25,963 bases of DNA from a virus (lineage: Duplodnaviria > Heunggongvirae > Uroviricota > Caudoviricetes), in IMG/VR virus record IMGVR_UViG_2563366982_000005. The stretch is one strand, 5' to 3'. A program made the position numbers and the translations under genes. Shown piece after piece: positions 7,634 to 16,974 of the stretch (positions within the stretch are counted from its first letter, which is position 1; each line of letters opens with the position of its first letter). The notes under the pieces were generated by a model. The model did not search any database. It saw nothing but the letters and a program-made list of their open reading frames with translations, and was not told the DNA's origin.

Positions 7634-8674
7634 ATGGCTAACGCCTGGCTCAGATTATGGCATGACATGCCAAATGACCCTAAGTGGCGAACAATTGCCA
7701 GGGTGTCAGGGCAGCCAATTGCAACAGTGATGGCAGTGTATATCCACCTTCTGGTGAGCGCGTCACGAAATGTCACGACATGTCACGGCGTGTCACTACG
7801 TGGTCACATTGATGTCACGACGGAAGATTTAGCAAGTGCGCTTGATGTGACGGAAGAAGTAATTGATTCAATTTTACAGGCAATGCAGGGGCGGGTACTT
7901 GATGGAGATTTAATCACCGGATGGGAAAAACGCCAGGTACTGAAAGAGGACAATGGCAACGTTTCACAAACCGCGAAATCCCCGGCAGAGCGCAAGAGAG
8001 CGCAGCGCGAGAGGGAAAAATTACGAAAACAGAATGAGGGGTGTCACGACGAGTCACGCATATGTCACGACATGTCACGACGAGTCACGACAGATAAAGA
8101 TACAGATAAAGAATTAAACCCCACACATAACGCGCACGTGCGCGAGAGTGCTCCGACCAGTGAGTCGAGTGGTACGCCGTTGCAGGCAGCAGAACCTGCA
8201 TCCCTGGATGGACTGAGCGAACCCATCGGGAAATTTCCGATGGTCGATGACTGGCATCCGTCGCCGGATTTTCGACGACGGGCTGCGTTGTGGGGGATGG
8301 CTTTGCCGGAGCCGGAATTTACACCTGCTGAACTTGCCGCTTTCCGGGACTACTGGGCAGCGGAGGGGAAAGTTTTCACGCAGGTTCAGTGGGAGCAGAA
8401 ATTCGCCCGTCACGTAAATCACGTCAGGGCGCAGGTTAAGCCAGTCAGCAAGGGGGTAAACCATGCAGCAGCACCAGGTGGCACCGCATCACGGGCAGTT
8501 CAGGAAATTCGGGCAGCACGTGAGCAGTGGGAACGTGAAAACGGATTTATCAGCGACGGAAACGGTCAGGAAGCTGTGGGAACTCATGGGGGAGGTTTAT
8601 TCGAACCGCTGGACCCAGAAGAACGGGGCCGCACCTTCGAAGCTCTGGATTGCACAGATTGGCGCGATGACTGA
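7634..8674 (+). CDS. Replication initiation protein (O-like N-terminus with DnaT-like C-terminal domain)
   Basis: ATG 7634 with AGAAGAGG SD (track ORF starts at GTG 7628); contains two internal clusters of 10-bp-periodic GTCACG repeats (iterons), as lambda O contains ori; C-terminal region (FTPAELAAFRDYWAAEGKVFTQVQWEQKFARHV) resembles DnaT C-terminal domain. Confidence 0.7.
   Translation: MANAWLRLWHDMPNDPKWRTIARVSGQPIATVMAVYIHLLVSASRNVTTCHGVSLRGHIDVTTEDLASALDVTEEVIDSILQAMQGRVLDGDLITGWEKRQVLKEDNGNVSQTAKSPAERKRAQREREKLRKQNEGCHDESRICHDMSRRVTTDKDTDKELNPTHNAHVRESAPTSESSGTPLQAAEPASLDGLSEPIGKFPMVDDWHPSPDFRRRAALWGMALPEPEFTPAELAAFRDYWAAEGKVFTQVQWEQKFARHVNHVRAQVKPVSKGVNHAAAPGGTASRAVQEIRAAREQWERENGFISDGNGQEAVGTHGGGLFEPLDPEERGRTFEALDCTDWRDD
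7761..7821. repeat. Iteron cluster 1 (TGTCACG repeats at ~10-bp spacing)
   Basis: cgtcacgaaa/tgtcacgaca/tgtcacggcg/tgtcactacg/tggtcacatt/gatgtcacga: six helically phased copies inside the O-like gene. Confidence 0.55.
8041..8090. repeat. Iteron cluster 2 (GTCACG repeats at 10-11-bp spacing)
   Basis: gtgtcacgac/gagtcacgca/tatgtcacga/catgtcacga/cgagtcacga, followed by an AT-rich stretch (gataaagatacagataaagaattaaa, 8091-8117) that could serve as unwinding element. Confidence 0.55.
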
Positions 8675-9128
8675 GCAGCAAATCCGACAGGTCTGCCGCC
8701 AGTGCATGGACCGCTGCCGGGCGGGTGAAACATGGCCTCCGGACCTGGCTGAGTTTGTGGCGCTGATTTCAGAAAGCGGGGCCAATCCATTTGGCCTGAC
8801 GGTGGATGCTGTGATGGAGGAGTACCGCCGCTGGCGTGATGAGTCCTGGCGATATGACGGAAGCGACAAATATCCGTGGCCTCAGCCTGTGCTGTACCAC
8901 ATCTGCCTCGAAATGCGTACCAGAGGGATTGAGCGCCAGATGACGCAGGGTGAGTTAAAACGACTTGCGGAACGGCAACTGACGAAATGGGCAAAGCATG
9001 TTGGTAACGGGATGAGTGTTCCGCCAGTGCGACGACAACTGGAAGGGGCGAAACACCCGCAAGGGCCAACGCCAATTGAACGGCTGAAACAGGAATACGA
9101 ACGCCGGAAGGCAGCTGGTTTTATTTGA
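8463..9128 (+). CDS. Replication protein P-like (helicase loader)
   Basis: 221-aa ORF with AAGGGGG SD before ATG 8463; central region (GAMTEQQIRQV...FVAL...YPWPQP) resembles lambda P as recalled (ITTMEQV...FVAW...YPW); N-terminus overlaps the O-like gene out of frame. Confidence 0.6.
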   Translation: MQQHQVAPHHGQFRKFGQHVSSGNVKTDLSATETVRKLWELMGEVYSNRWTQKNGAAPSKLWIAQIGAMTEQQIRQVCRQCMDRCRAGETWPPDLAEFVALISESGANPFGLTVDAVMEEYRRWRDESWRYDGSDKYPWPQPVLYHICLEMRTRGIERQMTQGELKRLAERQLTKWAKHVGNGMSVPPVRRQLEGAKHPQGPTPIERLKQEYERRKAAGFI

Positions 9129-9161
9129 ATCTGAGAAACGATTTTGTCGGAGGAAATTTTA

Positions 9162-9932
9162 ATGGAAACCGTATTTGACGCACTGAAAGCAATGGGAAAA
9201 GCCACATCGGTAGAACTGGCCGCGCGACTTGATATCAGTCGTGAAGAGGTTCTCAACGAGCTGTGGGAACTCAAAAGAAATGGCGTCGTTGATAAAACTG
9301 GTCACACCTGGTTTCTAGCTGGCGAAGGTGAATCCCGGGTAACCGAAGAGCGGCCAGTAAAATCTGAAGCACAGGATATGCTGACCGGGGAGGTCGAACA
9401 AAAAGTTACCGCAGACATGATGATTGAGTTTATCGGTCAGGATGGTGCTAAAACGTGTGAGGAACTGGCGGGTAAGTTCGGCGTCAGTACTCGCAAGGTT
9501 GCCTCCACGCTGGCGGTGGTAACCGCAACGGGGCGGCTGGCACGCGTTAATCAGAACGGTAAATTTCGTTACTGCATGCCGGGCGATAATTTACCAGCAG
9601 AGCCGAAAGCCGCGCTGGTAACGGAAAGTGATGGTAAGGCCTTTCCTCAGCCAGCAGGTGCTGCGTTACCAGTCCGGGAAGCCGCAACACAGGAAGAAAT
9701 TAAAACAGAAACTGTGGCGGACATTGTGCAGCCGTTGCCATCGTTTACCGAAACGCAAGCAGATGAGCTGATTTTTCCGTCCCTTCGCAGGGCAAACCTG
9801 GCGCTGCGCAGGGCGAAAAGTGATGTTCAGAAGTGGGAGCGAGTCTGCGCCGCGCTGCGGGAGGTGAACAAGCACCGGGATATTGTTCGACAGATTACTG
9901 ATTCTTCCCGCCGTGTTGTATCGGAAAAGTGA
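9162..9932 (+). CDS. Hypothetical phage protein with winged-helix-like N-terminus
   Basis: ATG 9162 preceded by GGAGG (track ORF begins at TTG 9144); N-terminal segment ([30 protein letters not shown]) looks like a wHTH; otherwise unrecognised. Confidence 0.55.
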   Translation: METVFDALKAMGKATSVELAARLDISREEVLNELWELKRNGVVDKTGHTWFLAGEGESRVTEERPVKSEAQDMLTGEVEQKVTADMMIEFIGQDGAKTCEELAGKFGVSTRKVASTLAVVTATGRLARVNQNGKFRYCMPGDNLPAEPKAALVTESDGKAFPQPAGAALPVREAATQEEIKTETVADIVQPLPSFTETQADELIFPSLRRANLALRRAKSDVQKWERVCAALREVNKHRDIVRQITDSSRRVVSEK

Positions 9933-9947
9933 TTGCCGGAGGCGCTT

Positions 9948-10340
9948 ATGGCAAAAGTATTTACACCAGAAGAGCGGGAAGAAGTGAAGGCGCGAATTGT
10001 GGAATTCGTGCGCCTGAGCGGACGAGAAACTTTTCGACAACTGGCAGATAAAACGGGTGTCAGTAAGACCGCTATTCGTCGTTTATCTGGTGCGCTTGCG
10101 GCCAGTGGTGATGTCTGGCTCTCTGGTTGCGGGGTATTTCCATCAGAGCAGGCGTATCGCGTATGGCGTAAGACACCGGAGAAGGCTGCTGACCCGACAC
10201 TGATTCGAAAGTTACCTGACGGAGAAATACGTCGTTACAACAGACGGCAGAACATAATTTGTCGTGAGTGCCGCCAGAGCGAAGTTATGCAGCGTGTGCT
10301 GGCGTTCTATCGGGGAAACTTTCAGGAGGTGATGGAGTGA
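9948..10340 (+). CDS. Hypothetical phage protein
   Basis: ATG 9948 preceded by GGAGG (track ORF begins at TTG 9933); HTH-like segment (FRQLADKTGVSKTAIRRL). Confidence 0.5.
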   Translation: MAKVFTPEEREEVKARIVEFVRLSGRETFRQLADKTGVSKTAIRRLSGALAASGDVWLSGCGVFPSEQAYRVWRKTPEKAADPTLIRKLPDGEIRRYNRRQNIICRECRQSEVMQRVLAFYRGNFQEVME

Positions 10341-10633
10341 GGGTCAGAGTTTATATTGCCGGTCCAATGACGGGATATGAAAATTTCAACCGTGAGGCGT
10401 TTCACAAGGCGGAAGAGGAACTGAAACGGGAAGGGCATACCGTCTTAAACCCGGCAGTACTTCCGGACGGGCTGACACAGCCGCACTACATGGATATTTG
10501 CATGGCAATGATTCGTTGTGTGGATGCGATTTACATGCTGAATGGCTGGCAGCGGTCAGCGGGCGCTAAGGCAGAGCTGGCACTGGCGGAGAAACTGGGG
10601 CATGCAGTGATTTATCAGGAGGTGGCTCAATGA
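10337..10633 (+). CDS. DUF4406-like (nucleoside 2-deoxyribosyltransferase-like fold) protein
   Basis: GTG 10337 overlapping the upstream stop, AGGAGG SD; YIAGPMTG N-terminal motif and small size fit the DUF4406 family as I recall it; low-certainty family call. Confidence 0.45.
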   Translation: MRVRVYIAGPMTGYENFNREAFHKAEEELKREGHTVLNPAVLPDGLTQPHYMDICMAMIRCVDAIYMLNGWQRSAGAKAELALAEKLGHAVIYQEVAQ

Positions 10634-11091
10634 GAGAGGTTAACTATGAGGCGCTTCGTGAGGCAGCACAAAACTATCAGTCGACGCTGGCGTGGTATCA
10701 GGCTATCCCGGACAGCCCAAATGCTGAACGGGATTGTGATGCGGCTCTTGCTGCGTTTAAGCGTCACATCCGTCATCGGGAAGCGGATATTATCGCTGAT
10801 TTGCTGGATGGACTGGAAGAAGCAAAATCACAACTCAACGAGCAGCGTGAGTATTACGAAGGCGTTATCTCTGATGGGAGCAAGCGTATTGCTGAACTGG
10901 AAGCGCGGGAAGTTCAATTACCGACTCGCTACGACCTTCGATATGGACACCCGATAAATGCAGATGAGCGACATGTCATGATACCTAAAGAAAATGGCAG
11001 TTGGCTTTACCTGATTGACTTAGAACACGCATTACGCGTCGCTGGCATTCGCATCAAAGGAGAGGAGCATGGAAATAAAACCAGAGGATGA
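10630..11091 (+). CDS. Hypothetical phage protein (possibly Ead/Ea22-like)
   Basis: 153-aa ORF, ATGA overlap with upstream gene; coiled-coil-like middle; family call tentative. Confidence 0.45.
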   Translation: MREVNYEALREAAQNYQSTLAWYQAIPDSPNAERDCDAALAAFKRHIRHREADIIADLLDGLEEAKSQLNEQREYYEGVISDGSKRIAELEAREVQLPTRYDLRYGHPINADERHVMIPKENGSWLYLIDLEHALRVAGIRIKGEEHGNKTRG

Positions 11092-11368
11092 GTTAAGCAA
11101 TATCGTTTTATTTCCGGTAAAAGAGGATGACCCTCGTAATCAGGTTAATTTTCTTTATGAGCCATCGGAAAGACCATATTGTCATCACGCCTCTGTTCGG
11201 GTTGACGAAAAAGAGCGTCAGGTCCGCTGTAAAATCTGCGGTGCAGTTGTGGAGCCGTTTGACTGGATGCTCTCTGTGGCGAAAAGAGAAACCAGACTGG
11301 CAGATGATGTAAGGCTATTGCGCCAGGAGGAACAGGAAAGGCGGAAAAATATAGAAAAGTTAATTTAG
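11069..11368 (+). CDS. Hypothetical protein with Cys/His cluster
   Basis: 99-aa ORF with GGAGAGGAG SD; CHH...CKICG putative metal-binding residues. Confidence 0.45.
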   Translation: MEIKPEDELSNIVLFPVKEDDPRNQVNFLYEPSERPYCHHASVRVDEKERQVRCKICGAVVEPFDWMLSVAKRETRLADDVRLLRQEEQERRKNIEKLI

Positions 11369-11520
11369 ATTGAGCGTAACGCGAAAGCGCGGATATGCAG
11401 GGCGACAAAATCCAGAACTGAATAATTAAATTTAGCACTGTAAATAAAATCAAATCCTTAACCGGAGGGATTTCTGCACCCTCAGAACATCAGGAGGCCG
11501 TCCGAAAGGGCGGTAGTGAA

Positions 11521-11703
11521 ATGCGAAAATTCAAAATAATTATTGAAACGGGAATAGCCGGTGGAGATTTCGAGGATGAATTCGAAGTGGATGATGATGC
11601 AACACCAGATGAAATACAGGATGAAGCTAAAGATATTTTCTTTAACTACTGCAATTACTCATACCACGAAATAAAAGACGAAGAGGAAGAACAAAATGGC
11701 TGA
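11521..11703 (+). CDS. Small acidic hypothetical protein (60 aa)
   Basis: AGGAGG-containing leader; highly acidic (D/E-rich) product. Confidence 0.4.
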   Translation: MRKFKIIIETGIAGGDFEDEFEVDDDATPDEIQDEAKDIFFNYCNYSYHEIKDEEEEQNG

Positions 11704-11872
11704 TTTTGGTTCAACTAAATATAACGCCAGTTTTGAAGAATGGCATGAACTGTTAATGGATTATGCAGAGTTACGCGGTGGAAGTGCCGCTGATGCTGAA
11801 GCATGGCGTGATGATTATGAAGCAGGGAAAACACCGGTCGAAGCATATTGTGATGAGTGGGGCGATGAATGA
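11696..11872 (+). CDS. Small hypothetical protein (58 aa)
   Basis: Hand-translated MADFGSTKYNASFEEWHELLMDYAELRGGSAADAEAWRDDYEAGKTPVEAYCDEWGDE; overlaps neighbours by ATGA-type junctions; below track cutoff. Confidence 0.35.
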   Translation: MADFGSTKYNASFEEWHELLMDYAELRGGSAADAEAWRDDYEAGKTPVEAYCDEWGDE

Positions 11873-12228
11873 GCGAGATTAATTATCAGGAAGGGCATGA
11901 AAAGGTAGGGCAGGCAAAACCAGTGGCATGGCGATATCGCTACGTGAAAAAAGGCGTTACAGACTTTCAGGGGAAGCAGTGGGTTGGTGACTGGAAATAT
12001 GTCCCGACAAAAGAGGATTGTAACGACAGACCAAACTATGAAATTCAGGCGTTATTCACGGCCCCGCCAGCTTCGGTGACATCAGAAGGACTGGTTAAAG
12101 CTGTGCGCTTTTATGAACAGGTACGGCGTGAGGATCCGCCAGTTGAAACCGGAGCATGGAAAGACGCTATTGACTGGGTACTCAAGGAGGCCTGCCTGGT
12201 TGTAAACACGGGCATCAAAGGAGGCTGA
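11869..12228 (+). CDS. Hypothetical phage protein (119 aa)
   Basis: Track ORF, ATGA overlap with upstream small ORF. Confidence 0.5.
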   Translation: MSEINYQEGHEKVGQAKPVAWRYRYVKKGVTDFQGKQWVGDWKYVPTKEDCNDRPNYEIQALFTAPPASVTSEGLVKAVRFYEQVRREDPPVETGAWKDAIDWVLKEACLVVNTGIKGG

Positions 12229-12444
12229 ATGGGTATTGCCGCAAGTTATACCATGCATCTCTATTGTGATTGCCGCCAGTGTACGGATGGCAAATATCAG
12301 TCGCCAGATTTTGGTGAGTATATCGGTACGTCATGGGCTGGCTGTGCAAAAGAGGCACGTAAAGATGGGTGGCGAATAAGTGCCGACAAAACGCGTGCTT
12401 TTGCGCCAGGGCATAAAATTTTGAGGAGCAACAAAGGAGAGTGA
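12229..12444 (+). CDS. Hypothetical Cys-rich small protein (71 aa)
   Basis: Track ORF; CDC..QC motif. Confidence 0.4.
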   Translation: MGIAASYTMHLYCDCRQCTDGKYQSPDFGEYIGTSWAGCAKEARKDGWRISADKTRAFAPGHKILRSNKGE

Positions 12445-12445
12445 T

Positions 12446-12664
12446 GTGCCTACATTATTCAGAAAAGAATATCCGCGAAAAAGTAGAGCGACAGAATTTT
12501 TGTTTCTCATTCTGTTTATCGTGTTGATGATACCGATATCCCCGTTAATTCTGGTATGGGGAATCGGAAAAATAATTGAGCCAGTTATTGAATTGTATAA
12601 CGACGTGGTATGGGCTCCGTTCAACACACTGCACAATAAAATTAATCCGTATAAGGAAAACTGA
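12446..12664 (+). CDS. Small hydrophobic membrane protein (72 aa)
   Basis: Track ORF starting at GTG; central hydrophobic stretch FLFLILFIVLMIPISPLILVWGIG. Confidence 0.4.
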   Translation: MPTLFRKEYPRKSRATEFLFLILFIVLMIPISPLILVWGIGKIIEPVIELYNDVVWAPFNTLHNKINPYKEN

Positions 12665-12665
12665 T

Positions 12666-12852
12666 ATGGCAACTTTGACAAAAAAAGAACAGGCATGGTT
12701 GAACGAATTACAGGACGTTCTTGATCGCTGTCCATCACCGAAAAAAATTGGTTTTTACACCATTGGCGATAAAAGCATTTACCTGTATGACCTGCGCCGC
12801 ATGGATGAAATCATGGAGGCTCTTGATAATCGTTCGTCAATGGATTGGTGTG
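12666..12852 (+). pseudogene. Phage small gene truncated/fused by IS911 insertion
   Basis: ORF MATLTKKEQAWLNELQDVLDRCPSPKK... begins at 12666 and runs straight into the IS911 inverted repeat at 12853; downstream reading continues into IS sequence (track ORF 12576-13007). Confidence 0.4.
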
Positions 12853-12882
12853 TGAAGTGGTCAACAAAAACTGGCCACCGAG

Positions 12883-14030
<1,148 letters not shown>

Positions 14031-14254
14031 TATGGCACCTGTGTTGTTCTGAGGTGAGCATATCACCTCTGTTCAGGTGGCCAAATTCAGTAAACCACTT
14101 CAGTCTCAGGCATGAACACCAAAAGGCAGATAGAGAAAAGCCCCAGTTAACATTACGCGTCCGGCAAGACGCTTAACATTAATCTGAGGCCATATCTATG
14201 CTCTACACACGTAGGTTAGCCTCTTACGTGCCGAAAGGCAAGGAGAAGCAGGCT

Positions 14255-14410
14255 ATGAAGCAGCAAAAGGCGATGCTAATCGCCCTGATCGTCATCTGTT
14301 TAACCGTCATTGTGACGGCACTGGTAACGAGGAAAGACCTCTGCGAGGTACGAATCCGAACCGGCCAGACGGAGGTCGCTGTCTTCACAGCTTACGAACC
14401 TGAGGAGTAA
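14255..14410 (+). CDS. hokD: Hok/Gef-family type I toxin (HokD/RelF-like)
   Basis: 51-aa frame MKQQKAMLIALIVICLTVIVTALVTRKDLCEVRIRTGQTEVAVFTAYEPEE with AAGGAG SD; matches HokD (RelF) as I recall it; single TM helix plus conserved Cys. Confidence 0.8.
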   Translation: MKQQKAMLIALIVICLTVIVTALVTRKDLCEVRIRTGQTEVAVFTAYEPEE

Positions 14411-14479
14411 GAGACCCGGCGGGGGAGTAATCTCCCGCCACCTCTGATGTGCCAGGCATCCTCAACGCACCCGCACTTA

Positions 14480-14500
14480 ACCCGCTTCGGCGGGTTTTTG
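14480..14500 (+). terminator. Intrinsic terminator downstream of hokD
   Basis: ACCCGC-TTCG-GCGGGTTTTT: GC stem, tetraloop, U-run. Confidence 0.6.
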
Positions 14501-14510
14501 CATTAGTCTG

Positions 14511-14545
14511 GTTGACAAAAATAGAAAAATGCGAAAATATGTGGT
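14511..14545 (+). promoter_or_regulatory. Candidate promoter for the two-gene cassette
   Basis: Perfect -35 TTGACA at 14511-14516 followed at ~17 bp by an A/T-rich -10-like region (AAATAT); about 30 bp upstream of cassette gene A; prediction by eye. Confidence 0.3.
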
Positions 14546-14575
14546 TTACGAATTCTAAAAAAAGCGAAACTTGAA

Positions 14576-15226
14576 ATGAATGAAAATCAGTTAGCTCCTT
14601 GTTGGGAATTTCAACCTTATCTTGCTGAAAACTATGTTCGCCACTTGTTGGCGGAGATCGCTAACGTACTTGAGCAGCTGTACTATCATAAGCACGCATT
14701 AGACAGCAACTGGTCTGAAGGTGTAAGGGCTTATGATTGGGTCAGAAATCATCTTATTCAAAATGAAGATGCAATTCCTGGCCTTGAGATGATTTCCAAG
14801 GGGTTGGACTATGTAGTTGCTTTAAATAAAGTTCCGCTACAATTTACCAAAGATTGCATTAATAACCCCAAAAAGAAACATCGTCTGCGTCGAAATAAAG
14901 TAGAGTATGAGCAGCTCTCATTGTTTGGTGATGTTGAGGCTGAGCAAGATATTACATGGCGAGTCATAGCTGAGCCTTTTTTATCCGAAGAGGGCGATGG
15001 TGAATTAGAGTCCACACTGCCTCGTTGGGAGGTAGCTCTTGTTGGATTTAATACTTATGGTGCTCAGATTAGTATAGTTTCTCATCAATCTACAGCATCG
15101 ATGCCGCTTATGCCTCTTGATTATAACACACTCCCTGACGAAGCGGAGATTAATAAGGTGCCTCTTCGTCGGCGTACGAAGGATAAAGATTTGGATGTGA
15201 GCAGTGATGGAACATCAGGTGAATAA
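14576..15226 (+). CDS. Hypothetical protein (216 aa), first gene of accessory cassette; contains QLSLF motif
   Basis: Track ORF; no recognised domain; basic patch NPKKKHRLRRNK followed by EQLSLFGD (residues 113-117 match the beta-clamp binding pentapeptide consensus QL[SD]LF); 3' end overlaps gene B start. Confidence 0.55.
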   Translation: MNENQLAPCWEFQPYLAENYVRHLLAEIANVLEQLYYHKHALDSNWSEGVRAYDWVRNHLIQNEDAIPGLEMISKGLDYVVALNKVPLQFTKDCINNPKKKHRLRRNKVEYEQLSLFGDVEAEQDITWRVIAEPFLSEEGDGELESTLPRWEVALVGFNTYGAQISIVSHQSTASMPLMPLDYNTLPDEAEINKVPLRRRTKDKDLDVSSDGTSGE

Positions 15227-16310
15227 CTTCACTGAGTATCGGGGTGATAAGCTCAAACTAGCGAGAATGGCTGTTGGGCTTTCTTGTGAAGAGTTAGCCG
15301 AAAAAATTGGCAAGACAAAGCAATTCGTTAGCAAACTGGAGAAGGGGTGCAGGCCATCGGAGCAATGTCTTGAGTTAATATCTTCAGCGCTTATGATTAA
15401 GTCCAGTTTTCTTTTTACTGAACGAAAATACGCTCTGGAAAGTGATGTCTGCCATTTTCGGAGTAAGAAGTCCAGGACTCAAACGCTGACTAATAGTGTA
15501 TTGGCCAGGGCTGAGATTCTTAATATTATAATTTCTGCTGTTGAAGGTGAAATCGAATTTCCTGACGTTAACATACCGGAGCACCCAGGGGCTGAATTAC
15601 TTACTCCGAATGATATTGAGCGAGTGGCAGAAGATTGTCGCCGTGCCTGGAATTTAGGTCTTGGCCCTATATCATCAATGGTTAAATTGGCGGAGAGTTT
15701 AGGGGTAATCGTTGCGCATGTTACGGGAGTCGATGATCGTGTTGATGCTTTTACTGTTCACAATAACAGGCCTGTTATCATCAGGAACAATGTTAAAAAA
15801 AGCATATGTAGATTTCGCTCTGATTTAGGTCATGAATTAGGGCATTTAGTAATGCATGAGGGCATAACGACAGGTGATAAACTTACGGAATCACAAGCCG
15901 ATCACTTTTCGAGCGCCTTATTAGTTCCCAGGTTATCTTTCATTAAAGAATTTCCACGAATACGAGGTAAGCAATTCGACTGGAATGCTCTGGTTGAATT
16001 TAAACTTAGATGGAAAATCAGCCTTAAAATGTGTATTTATCGAGCCAGCGCATTAGGCTTATTGACCCAGGAACAGGCAAGAACTGGCTATATGCATCTT
16101 AATTCCAGAGGGTATACGAGAGTTGAACCTGGTGATGAACTTTTGCGCCCTGAAGAACCCGGCATGCTGGCCGAGGCGATTGAAATGCTGGATGATGCAA
16201 CCTGGCTAAGAATTCTTATGAAAACTGGCTTGAGCCAAGATTTAATTCGTGAGTTGTTCTCCATCAACAGACCTATTACAAATCCAAGAAATATTTTCCA
16301 GATTGTTTGA
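15207..16310 (+). CDS. XRE-family HTH fused to ImmA/IrrE-type (M78/COG2856) zinc metallopeptidase
   Basis: N-terminal HTH (LKLARMAVGLSCEELAEKIGKTKQFVSKLEKG); HEXXH motif (GHELGHLVMHEG) about 200 aa in; ATG 15207 (track ORF at GTG 15204) overlaps upstream gene end. Confidence 0.75.
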   Translation: MEHQVNNFTEYRGDKLKLARMAVGLSCEELAEKIGKTKQFVSKLEKGCRPSEQCLELISSALMIKSSFLFTERKYALESDVCHFRSKKSRTQTLTNSVLARAEILNIIISAVEGEIEFPDVNIPEHPGAELLTPNDIERVAEDCRRAWNLGLGPISSMVKLAESLGVIVAHVTGVDDRVDAFTVHNNRPVIIRNNVKKSICRFRSDLGHELGHLVMHEGITTGDKLTESQADHFSSALLVPRLSFIKEFPRIRGKQFDWNALVEFKLRWKISLKMCIYRASALGLLTQEQARTGYMHLNSRGYTRVEPGDELLRPEEPGMLAEAIEMLDDATWLRILMKTGLSQDLIRELFSINRPITNPRNIFQIV

Positions 16311-16314
16311 GTAT

Positions 16315-16336
16315 ACCCGCTTCGGCGGGTTTTTTG
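16315..16336 (+). terminator. Intrinsic terminator downstream of cassette (near-identical copy of the hokD terminator)
   Basis: ACCCGCTTCGGCGGGTTTTTTG; the 20-bp core ACCCGCTTCGGCGGGTTTTT is identical to 14480-14499. Confidence 0.6.
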
Positions 16337-16419
16337 TTTTTATTTTCAACGTGTTTGAAGTTTTGGACGGTGCCAGAATAGAATCAAAAATACTTAAGTA
16401 GCGCGCAGGGAGAAGAGGG

Positions 16420-16641
16420 ATGGACCCCGAACAGGGGGAGTGCTATTTATCTGGAAGGATTCTGTTGATGAAAATCGAAGAATTACGTGAAATTTTTAGT
16501 GAAGATGGCCTCTATGCTGTGCGCGTTGAGAATGGGGGTATTACCTACACAGCGTTAATTCCTGATGATCATGTAGTGTTATCTGTTGAGGCATTCATTG
16601 AATACTTGGAAAGACTCGGTTTCAAGGTAGTTCGGGAATAA
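16420..16641 (+). CDS. Hypothetical small protein
   Basis: Track ORF (73 aa); alternative start at internal Met (MKIEELREIF) also possible. Confidence 0.4.
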   Translation: MDPEQGECYLSGRILLMKIEELREIFSEDGLYAVRVENGGITYTALIPDDHVVLSVEAFIEYLERLGFKVVRE

Positions 16642-16688
16642 GTTATAATACGTGAGCCAGCCTGAACAACTGGCAACCTGCAGCGCCA

Positions 16689-16973
16689 TTGGAGATGACA
16701 ATGGCGCATAATTTCAAATTTCGCAATTCTGATTCTGCCTTTGCCAGCAGGCACGGGTGGCGTTCTCACGCATTCAAATATGACTGGTATCAGCACGATC
16801 CCTGTACTGAAGAACAGGCCGAATGGCTGATTCATAACTACCGCAGACGTGGATATGAGTTTAGGAAAGCCCTCACCCTCGATTATCGTCACTGGATAAT
16901 CTACGTCAGACTCCCTTATTCCGAACGCCCACCGCGTCCGTCCCGCACATTCCAGCAACGCATCTGGAGGTAA
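16689..16973 (+). CDS. Hypothetical phage protein
   Basis: Track ORF (94 aa); probable start at MAHNFKF (16701) after GGAG. Confidence 0.4.
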   Translation: MEMTMAHNFKFRNSDSAFASRHGWRSHAFKYDWYQHDPCTEEQAEWLIHNYRRRGYEFRKALTLDYRHWIIYVRLPYSERPPRPSRTFQQRIWR

Positions 16974-16974
16974 C

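Noticed and set aside
8584-9274. Minus-strand ORFs of 163, 90 and 130 aa inside the replication genes
   Set aside because: Antisense to the well-supported O-like and P-like genes; Ser/Arg/Pro-rich low-complexity products typical of GC-rich antisense frames.
14198-14254. In-frame upstream extension of hokD (70-aa track ORF) as a mok-like frame
   Set aside because: Extension is in the same frame as hok rather than the overlapping alternate frame expected for mok, and the AAGGAG SD precedes the internal ATG at 14255; treated as leader sequence.
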